Origin: Synergistaceae bacterium
Lineage (GTDB): Bacteria; Synergistota; Synergistia; Synergistales; Synergistaceae
Direction: 5' to 3'
Length of the DNA stretch: 64,000 nt
Assembly (NCBI GenBank): GCA_030523725.1
Contig: JAUNHV010000005.1
Coordinates: forward strand, 43,323-107,322
The position numbers were made by a program, and so were the translations under genes. The notes beneath the pieces were generated by a model, which had not been told where the DNA came from, ran no database searches, and worked only from the letters and a program-made list of their open reading frames with translations. Positions 29,763 through 37,014 of the stretch are shown here, one piece after another; within the stretch, counting starts at the first letter, position 1, and each line of letters starts with the position of its first letter.

Positions 29763-31832
29763 ATGAAGAAATTATTATTTATTTGTTGTGTAACAGTAAT
29801 TGCTTTTTCTTCATTTATGCCGCTAGATTATGCAATGGCACAGACAACAATCTTAAATACACCATCGCAAAGTTATGATATAGTAATTGTAGGTGCTGGA
29901 CTTTCAGGGGTTAGTGCCGCAATCTCTGCTGCACGTCTTGGCATGAAGGTACTTATTGTTGAAGATACAGAGGTCGTAGGAGGCCAGGCCGTGGCTTCTG
30001 CAGTATCTACCATGGACGATATGCAAGTGACAAGACATGGAATATATCTTGACTTCCTAAACAGGGCAATAGACCACTACAAAAAGACTCAAACACCAAC
30101 AAATATTTGTCTTTGGGCAGACACAACCTTTGGATTTGAACCCAAGATTATTGATAAGACATTACGTGAAATGATGGAAAGCATCGGAGGAATTACTCTT
30201 CTTCTTAATGCAAAGGTGGTGTCTGCTAAGGTAAAAGACAATACCGTAACTTCTATAGATATTTTACACAATGGAAAACAAAGTCGAGTTACTGCAAAAA
30301 TGTTTATAGATGCTACTGAGTATGGCGATTTTATCCCTCTTACGGGAGCAAGATACAGGGTGGGAAATGGAATTTTTCCAAATGTAAGTGAAAAAGCTAT
30401 TGTTCAAGACATCACCTATGTTGCAGTTGTAAAAAAATATGGTGCAAATATGCCAAAAGAGCTTTTTATGACCACAAAGCCCCCACATTATGACGAATAC
30501 GTGTCAGAATTTCGCAACATGGTAACCAAAGATGGTAGCTTTTGGCCAGATGGTGCTTTCCCATTTAATCCTGACACCCAAGCTGCATATCGTGCTTTAC
30601 CAAATGAAGAGGACGCCAACAGAGGAAAGGTTGACGGCGAAAATAATGCTACATGGAAATACATTTCTCGCACATGCCTAAATTGGGCAAACGATTGGCC
30701 TGGTGGTAAAAAAGGTGGACATACCTCAACCATAGACAGTGAAACCCTTTCTCTTTCTACCAAGTTTCTAACAGATTTACAATATCGCAAAGACATATCA
30801 AGGAAGGCTCTAGTCAAGACACTTTGCCTTATTTATTACATGCAACATGAGTTAGGGCTGGAAGACTGGGCTGTTGACAACACTCAAAATTTTGGTGCAA
30901 ACACTTCTTGCGACCTTGAAAATTGGAGTGACTTGCCAGCCGAGTTTTTGCCAATAGTAAAATTTTTTCCGCCAAAACCCTATGTTCGTGAATCCAAACG
31001 CCTTGTTGGACGCTACACAATGTCTTCAAAAGATGTTCGTCGTGACGAAAAATTAAAGAGAACTCTCTCTTCCAACACAGAGGCAATAGCCCTAGGTGAG
31101 TATCCAGCAGATATCCATGGGAAGTGGAATCCACTGCACCATGAGGCAGAATTACTTGACGATCCTAAAGATTTAGTCAAGCCTTCTGTTTGGGAAGCAC
31201 GATTATTCCAAGTGCCGATGGGAGCTCTTATTCCTGAAAAGATTAATGGTCTCTTGGCAGTAGAGAAAAATATCTCAGCTTCTCGCCTTGTTAATGGCGC
31301 TACTCGTTTACACCCAATCGTATTTCACACAGGCGAAGCAGCTGGAATTTTAGCAAGCATGGCAATAAAACTAAATGTACCTGCTCGACGAGTTCCTGCT
31401 ATCTTTGTTCAATCAAAGCTCCTTGAAAACTCGTCAAATATTTCTATTTGGCGTTTGCAAGATGTTCTAGTTTCACAGCCATATTACAAAGAAATTTCTA
31501 TCGCTCTTGTTAACAATATAATGAGCCCCATATCTGAAGAACTTTTTTGCCCTAAAGAATCTGTAACGTGGCAAGAGTTCTGTAAAACTGTTTCTTCAGT
31601 AGCAAAAATAAAGATAAATTTGACTGACGAACAAAAAAATTCTGTTCTAACCAAACAAGATGCAAACAAGCTACTGCTTGAACAATCTGGGAGTCAATCA
31701 ATTCTTAAACTTATACAGCCACTGTCAAACACACAGGAAGTCGTATTACGACAAGATCTTGCTTGCCTCGTGTACAATTTACTCTTAAAACAAGCGGAAA
31801 TCAACTCAGGTTTAACCTATCCAAAGGACTAA
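29763..31832 (+). CDS. Secreted FAD-dependent oxidoreductase
   Basis: The signal peptide is MKKLLFICCVTVIAFSSFMPLDYAMA. The dinucleotide fold is YDIVIVGAGLSGVSAAISAARLGMKVLIVE. The track ORF starts on GTG at 29724. The ATG at 29763 follows AAGGAG. Confidence 0.7.
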   Translation: MKKLLFICCVTVIAFSSFMPLDYAMAQTTILNTPSQSYDIVIVGAGLSGVSAAISAARLGMKVLIVEDTEVVGGQAVASAVSTMDDMQVTRHGIYLDFLNRAIDHYKKTQTPTNICLWADTTFGFEPKIIDKTLREMMESIGGITLLLNAKVVSAKVKDNTVTSIDILHNGKQSRVTAKMFIDATEYGDFIPLTGARYRVGNGIFPNVSEKAIVQDITYVAVVKKYGANMPKELFMTTKPPHYDEYVSEFRNMVTKDGSFWPDGAFPFNPDTQAAYRALPNEEDANRGKVDGENNATWKYISRTCLNWANDWPGGKKGGHTSTIDSETLSLSTKFLTDLQYRKDISRKALVKTLCLIYYMQHELGLEDWAVDNTQNFGANTSCDLENWSDLPAEFLPIVKFFPPKPYVRESKRLVGRYTMSSKDVRRDEKLKRTLSSNTEAIALGEYPADIHGKWNPLHHEAELLDDPKDLVKPSVWEARLFQVPMGALIPEKINGLLAVEKNISASRLVNGATRLHPIVFHTGEAAGILASMAIKLNVPARRVPAIFVQSKLLENSSNISIWRLQDVLVSQPYYKEISIALVNNIMSPISEELFCPKESVTWQEFCKTVSSVAKIKINLTDEQKNSVLTKQDANKLLLEQSGSQSILKLIQPLSNTQEVVLRQDLACLVYNLLLKQAEINSGLTYPKD

Positions 31833-31987
31833 ATTTTGTTCTATTGCACAACACTTAACCCAAAAACGAGGATTAGATGCCTCAAACGCAAAGCGGTTTA
31901 GCACAAAAGTAACGGAACGTATAAAAACGTATAAAAATCTTTGAAACCATAAAGACACAGAAGCGAGCTATGCTCGCAAAAAATAAC

Positions 31988-32027
31988 AAGGAGTCGCTGA
32001 TTTTACCAACGACTCCTTGCTATTTTA
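31988..32027 (+). terminator. Terminator after the oxidoreductase gene
   Basis: CAAGGAGTCG-ctgattttaccaa-CGACTCCTTG is followed by CTATTTTAT. Confidence 0.5.
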
Positions 32028-32162
32028 TCCTTACTGGTAAAACCACCGCACTTGCGTCGTAAGGGTTTTATAACTTTTATAACATTTCACACGTAGCGGC
32101 TTTACTTGTAAAGCCCAACAATTTTGAAGCTAACGCTTGTTAAAAAATTGAGAATTTCTTTT

Positions 32163-33704
32163 TTACTTAAATTTTTTCAAAATCTGTTTCGGCGGTCGGT
32201 GTTTGAAATTAAATTTCAACGTAACAGATTTTATTACAAGTGTAATCTGCCATACCAAGAAAAGGTAAATTAACGCTGTGGCAATTAGAGGAAAGAATGC
32301 TTCAAAGGTGCGCGAACGTATTATGTCCGACACCTTTGTTAAATCCTGCACGGCAATGTAACCAACTATTGATGTGCTTTGCAATAAAGAAATAAGTGCT
32401 CCCTTGTAGTTTGGCAGAAACTGTGTCATAGATTGTGGCAAAACAATCCTAAAGAATGTTTGAGTATCAGTGAAACCTAAACTATAGGCTCCTTCTATCT
32501 GTCCCCTGCCAATAGATTTCACTGCTACACCTAGCATAGAATAGACGCTGAGTCCCAAGCTTATCGCAAAGGCAATGGATGAAACCCATAGCCCAGATAA
32601 TGACGATTTTGCAAAAATAATGTAATACAAAATCATGAGAATTACGACTGCTGGTAGACCTTTATATACCAAGGCAAAAGCATCTAGGAATTTATTAAAG
32701 AAGCGATTGCCCTTTCTGTATATTAGATACAGGCAAAAACCTAAGAGGCTACCAATTATGGTAGATACAATAGTAATTATCGCTGTTACACCCAAGCCAT
32801 CAAGAACGATGCGCCATCTGTCTTCTTGAATAAATGTTTTTTCAAAAGAATCCTTTATGCTACTTAAACTAAACCCCGATGCTTTCTTCATAACTATAGC
32901 GATTATGGGATTCATGGCATATGGGGCAGAAAAATCAACGCTTTTAGCACGTTCCTCTGTAATGGTGATACAGCTCGCTCCTATGTCACATTTTCCAGAA
33001 GAAACCGCTGGTATAATTCCATCAAAATCTGAAGCATAAAATTCAACACCATAGCCATATTTTTTGCAGAAATTGACTAAAAATTCTATATCATGACCGT
33101 TTAACGAGCCATTTGAAACGAAACTAAATGGCACAATTGCTTGGGATACTGCAATTTTTATTACCCCATTTTTCCCATCAAATTTCGTATCTAAAGGAGG
33201 AGCATTATCAGCTGCCGCTGCAACATCTACAAACCATTTTTCAGCCAATGAATCAAGGTACCCATTCTTCTTGCTTTCGCCAATAAATTCATTTAGTTGT
33301 TTTTTTAGTTTTGCTGTCTTTATAGAACCTTTTTGAAAAATAAATCCGTAGGGCTGGTCTAATAAAGATTCATCAAGCATAAGAAATCCGCTCTCGTTGG
33401 CAATCATGTAATTAGCTGCGATTTTGTCGGATAAGAAGTAGTCTATTTTATTATTTTCAAGACCTATTAATAGATCGGCGAGATTATTGTAATAGCAAAT
33501 TTTGCTATCGGGAAAATTTTCTTCAATTATAATATCGGTAATTGCCCCGGTAAGAGTGCCAGCCTTAAGTCCATTTAATTCTTTTACACTTTTTGGATAA
33601 GCACGTTTAGCTTCACTACGTCCTGCTAAAAATAAAAGGCTAAACAGGAGTAATATAAAGAACGTAAAAATTGTTACTCTTTTCATAAAATTATTTTTAT
33701 TCAT
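32163..33704 (-). CDS. Amino-acid ABC transporter: substrate-binding domain fused to permease
   Basis: A signal/anchor comes first, then a ~230-aa family-3 SBP-like region, then a His/Glu/Gln/Arg-type permease (GAYSLGFTDTQTFFRIVLPQ). The start overlaps the stop of the upstream ATPase gene. Confidence 0.8.
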   Translation of the reverse strand: MNKNNFMKRVTIFTFFILLLFSLLFLAGRSEAKRAYPKSVKELNGLKAGTLTGAITDIIIEENFPDSKICYYNNLADLLIGLENNKIDYFLSDKIAANYMIANESGFLMLDESLLDQPYGFIFQKGSIKTAKLKKQLNEFIGESKKNGYLDSLAEKWFVDVAAAADNAPPLDTKFDGKNGVIKIAVSQAIVPFSFVSNGSLNGHDIEFLVNFCKKYGYGVEFYASDFDGIIPAVSSGKCDIGASCITITEERAKSVDFSAPYAMNPIIAIVMKKASGFSLSSIKDSFEKTFIQEDRWRIVLDGLGVTAIITIVSTIIGSLLGFCLYLIYRKGNRFFNKFLDAFALVYKGLPAVVILMILYYIIFAKSSLSGLWVSSIAFAISLGLSVYSMLGVAVKSIGRGQIEGAYSLGFTDTQTFFRIVLPQSMTQFLPNYKGALISLLQSTSIVGYIAVQDLTKVSDIIRSRTFEAFFPLIATALIYLFLVWQITLVIKSVTLKFNFKHRPPKQILKKFK

Positions 33705-34800
33705 CTTTATCTACAATCAGCTTAAATGACTGATTTCCATCTCCTTCTTCAAACTGCTCTATTTTTTTAGTATATCCTTTGATTATTTTCCATGGCATAC
33801 TGTCTGCTTCATCATCAATGGATATTTTTAGGTTATTATAGGTGCATACTAGACCTGCTGCATCATCTTTGGGTGAGAATCCAATTGCAACGTGAATGTT
33901 ATAATCAATATTTTGCTCCTTATATTTTGGAATAAGAATGTTGAAAACAAGTTCTTCAAAAACAACTTGAAGACTATCGCGAATATTATGAGAGATATCC
34001 ATTTTATTTGCAAACTGACGGAGTTGTGTATAGAAAGTTAAGAAGTCGCTGCCATCTGAATTGAGTTCAAACTCTATCGATTGTAGCTGTTTAATAAATA
34101 CTATCGTTTTGGGCTTCTTTGGATGCTGGAAAATGTCTGAAGGTGTGCCCTCCTCGTAAATTCCACCTTCGTCCAGATACATAACTCTTGTAGAGATGGA
34201 TTGAGCAAACCTCATATCATGGGTTACCAAAATCATCGTAAAGTTTTTTTTGCTTAATTGTGATATTACTGTTTCAACTTCATTTACCATTGTGGGATCT
34301 AAAGCTGAAGTTGGTTCATCAAACAATATTATTTCAGAGCCAACAGCCAAGGTTCGCACAATAGCAACCCTCTGTTTTTGACCGCCTGATAATTCATCTG
34401 GATATTTTAAAGCAGCACTAACAAGCCCAACTTCCTCCAAAAGCTTCATACCCTTTTCATAGGCTTTTTTAGGGTCCTCATGAAGCAGAACAATTGGAGC
34501 ATAGCAGACATTTTCAATAACTGTCATGTGGTCAAAAAGGTTGAAATGTTGAAATACCATTCCCACCTTGCGACGCAGCTTGTGTAATGGATAACCCTGC
34601 TTGGTAATATCTTCGCCATCAATTAATATTTGGCCTGAAGTGGGAGTCTCTAGCATATTAATCATTCTCAAAAACGTAGATTTGCCCACGCCAGAAGGAC
34701 CAATTATTGATACAACTTCACCCTTTTTGATGGTGGTGCAAATATCTTTAATCGGCTCGGCATCACCATATTTTTTACGCAGATGTTTGATTTCTATCAT
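33697..34800 (-). CDS. Amino-acid ABC transporter ATP-binding protein with ~120-aa C-terminal extension
   Basis: Walker A is GPSGVGKST, the signature is LSGGQKQRVAI and Walker B is IILFDEPTSALD. I place the start at MIEIKHLRKKYG (ATG at 34800). The 72 upstream residues of the track ORF have no ABC similarity. Confidence 0.85.
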   Translation of the reverse strand: MIEIKHLRKKYGDAEPIKDICTTIKKGEVVSIIGPSGVGKSTFLRMINMLETPTSGQILIDGEDITKQGYPLHKLRRKVGMVFQHFNLFDHMTVIENVCYAPIVLLHEDPKKAYEKGMKLLEEVGLVSAALKYPDELSGGQKQRVAIVRTLAVGSEIILFDEPTSALDPTMVNEVETVISQLSKKNFTMILVTHDMRFAQSISTRVMYLDEGGIYEEGTPSDIFQHPKKPKTIVFIKQLQSIEFELNSDGSDFLTFYTQLRQFANKMDISHNIRDSLQVVFEELVFNILIPKYKEQNIDYNIHVAIGFSPKDDAAGLVCTYNNLKISIDDEADSMPWKIIKGYTKKIEQFEEGDGNQSFKLIVDKDE

Positions 34801-35072
34801 CCTTAATACCTCGTCGCAAAAATCTTCTTTCTTAGTCTTTTCATTATGTGAAGCTTCGTAACAATAAACATTGTAAACTTTGCCTTTGGTACCCAACAAG
34901 TATATAATTTCACAGTAAGCACTTATCTTTGTCAAGCTAACATAAACGAAACGACAGCATTGCTTCCCACATAAAATATTTTTATCATAATCCAAATTTC
35001 TATTTACCAAAATCAAAATTTTTTCAAAAATGGTAAATAGCTAAGAAAAAGCTCTAATATATTTTTGTTAGC

Positions 35073-36035
35073 TTAAAAAATTTCATTAGCTGCAGTAAAT
35101 AAAATAATACAAGATACAGTAAGACCAATCCAAACGGCCTGACTTTTTTCTATTTTTTCTTTCAGAATTATGCGAGAAAGTAACACTGTAAAAACACAAA
35201 AGCTGGAGATTATGACATTTGTGTAAATTTGGTTTCCTGCTACGGCAATCATGTAAAAAATAGTTCCTAAGCTATCAAACCCAGCACCCATCACTTTAGG
35301 TAATTCCATCTTTGCAAAAATTTTATATGGTTTCTTTTCCAATATCCAGAGTAGTACATACAAAATTACAGAAAAGCCAAACAACATCATTCCGTGTATA
35401 TAGATATAATCCCACGACACAGGTACCTCACCTAAAAAATAAATATCCGTCAAGGAGCTGAATGCGTCAAGAACAGCGGAGAGTAACGTCAAAATCACAC
35501 CGATTATTGCAAAACGCCCATTATTTAGAAGAAACATTCCTTTTGCAAGCTTCTTATTTTCTTCTGTATCTTCTTTTCTTGTTTGTATCAGTGTTGAGGC
35601 ATAAACACCTATCGAAATCAATATGACAAGAACCAGTTTCAAAGAAGTAATGCTCTCATACAAAATAGATGATTTACCAATAATTAAATAAAGTACGATT
35701 ATCCCAATGAATGTGAACACACCATCCATACAGGTAACAGGAGACGCAATAGAAACAGGCACAAGTTTAAATGCAAAAAAACACAATAGTAGCGAGACAT
35801 AATAAAAGGTAGATGACAAGAGAATTGCAGGGTGTATCTTTAGCATTTGCAACGCAGTTATTGAGCTTTTGAGTCCAAGCAAGTTAATGGCTAACGAAAC
35901 AATTCCGCTGCAAATCCCAAACCAAATCAAGATTTTCAACTCAGAATGTTCACCCTCAAAATCAGAACCTTTCTTTTGAAATACCTCGCCCAATGCATAA
36001 AAAATTATTGAAATAAATGCAAATACTATCCACAT
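35073..36035 (-). CDS. DMT/EamA-like transporter
   Basis: The 320-aa product has about 10 TM helices in two similar halves, and nothing else. Confidence 0.6.
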   Translation of the reverse strand: MWIVFAFISIIFYALGEVFQKKGSDFEGEHSELKILIWFGICSGIVSLAINLLGLKSSITALQMLKIHPAILLSSTFYYVSLLLCFFAFKLVPVSIASPVTCMDGVFTFIGIIVLYLIIGKSSILYESITSLKLVLVILISIGVYASTLIQTRKEDTEENKKLAKGMFLLNNGRFAIIGVILTLLSAVLDAFSSLTDIYFLGEVPVSWDYIYIHGMMLFGFSVILYVLLWILEKKPYKIFAKMELPKVMGAGFDSLGTIFYMIAVAGNQIYTNVIISSFCVFTVLLSRIILKEKIEKSQAVWIGLTVSCIILFTAANEIF

Positions 36036-36179
36036 TTTCTGCTCTACCTTTCTTTAATTGCTGTAGCAACAGCACAGAAGTAGCAAAATATCTTTCTTAA
36101 TTTTGTAATACTATAATAAAAGCACGATAAAAACATGAAAAATTTTGAGAATAGTTAGGGTAGTTGTTTAGTTGTAGGC

Positions 36180-36512
36180 TTACCTTAAGTCGTGTTTATC
36201 TATGCGTTTTTGAGCATCTTGGTAAACTTCATTATCTTCACGGATTCCGATTACAACAATCAGCATTCCATATACGCTTCGTTCTAGTTTGTAAACAATA
36301 CGAATTCCTGCACTACGGAGCTTAATTTTCAAAAAATTTGTCAGATTAGCTCCTTTTTTATTCCCCAAGGGTTTTCCATAACCACCCTCTGATTCCGAAA
36401 GAGGATTTGATTGGACTTTTTTAATTGCCTTTTGAACTAGGATTCTCTGATTACCATCGAGAGATTTTAAGTCATTTAATGCCTCTGGCAGGTAGCTTAT
36501 TTTCCAGCTCAT
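36180..36512 (-). CDS. RelE/ParE-family type II toxin
   Basis: The product is 110 aa. It contains KIKLRSAGIRIVYKLE...LIVVIGIREDNEVY. There is a 4-nt ATGA overlap with the upstream antitoxin. Confidence 0.7.
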   Translation of the reverse strand: MSWKISYLPEALNDLKSLDGNQRILVQKAIKKVQSNPLSESEGGYGKPLGNKKGANLTNFLKIKLRSAGIRIVYKLERSVYGMLIVVIGIREDNEVYQDAQKRIDKHDLR

Positions 36513-36832
36513 TCAAATTCTACCTCGTTAAAACCCTCAAGATCTGCATCAGTAATCCCCAATTCACGGTTCACTTCTTCATTGTCAATTAAGGTTGCTG
36601 GGTCATAGTGAGCCATTCTGTTTATTGCAGTAACCAGAAGCTTGACATCATTCACTTCATCCATAAGACGAACATATTCATTCGGTGCAAGAAGAACACA
36701 CTCCGCAGTGTTATTTTTCATTACAACTTTTGCACCACTACGCTTTACTTCATCAAAAATTTTGCCTGCTAACCCTCTGTTGAAAACAGAAATTGAAACT
36801 GTGTCTTGAATTGCACTCATAACAGAAGCCAT
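36509..36832 (-). CDS. Phd/YefM-type antitoxin
   Basis: The sequence reads SISVFNRGLAGKIFDEVKRSGAKVVMKNNTAECVLLAPNEYVRLMDE. The ATG at 36832 lies 7 nt after GGAGGG. The track start at 36847 is a TTG. Confidence 0.65.
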   Translation of the reverse strand: MASVMSAIQDTVSISVFNRGLAGKIFDEVKRSGAKVVMKNNTAECVLLAPNEYVRLMDEVNDVKLLVTAINRMAHYDPATLIDNEEVNRELGITDADLEGFNEVEFE

Positions 36833-37014
36833 TGTAGCACCCTCCAACTTAATTTTTGGTCATTATAACTTGTTTTGAAAGAAAAAACAATATATATACT
36901 AATAAATAAATTTGTAAATTTATCAATGTAGCAACTATGCATATAGAACAATCATGGTAATGCACAAAAATAATCCGTTCTCAACTGATGTCTTTTGTTG
37001 TTCTTCTAGCTAAT

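Noticed and set aside
34801-35016. The 72-aa N-terminal extension of the ABC ATPase ORF (MILVNRNLDYDKNILCGKQCC...).
   Set aside because: It has no ABC similarity and is Cys/Tyr-rich and unstructured. The canonical ATPase N-terminus MIEIKHLRKKYG begins at the ATG at 34800.
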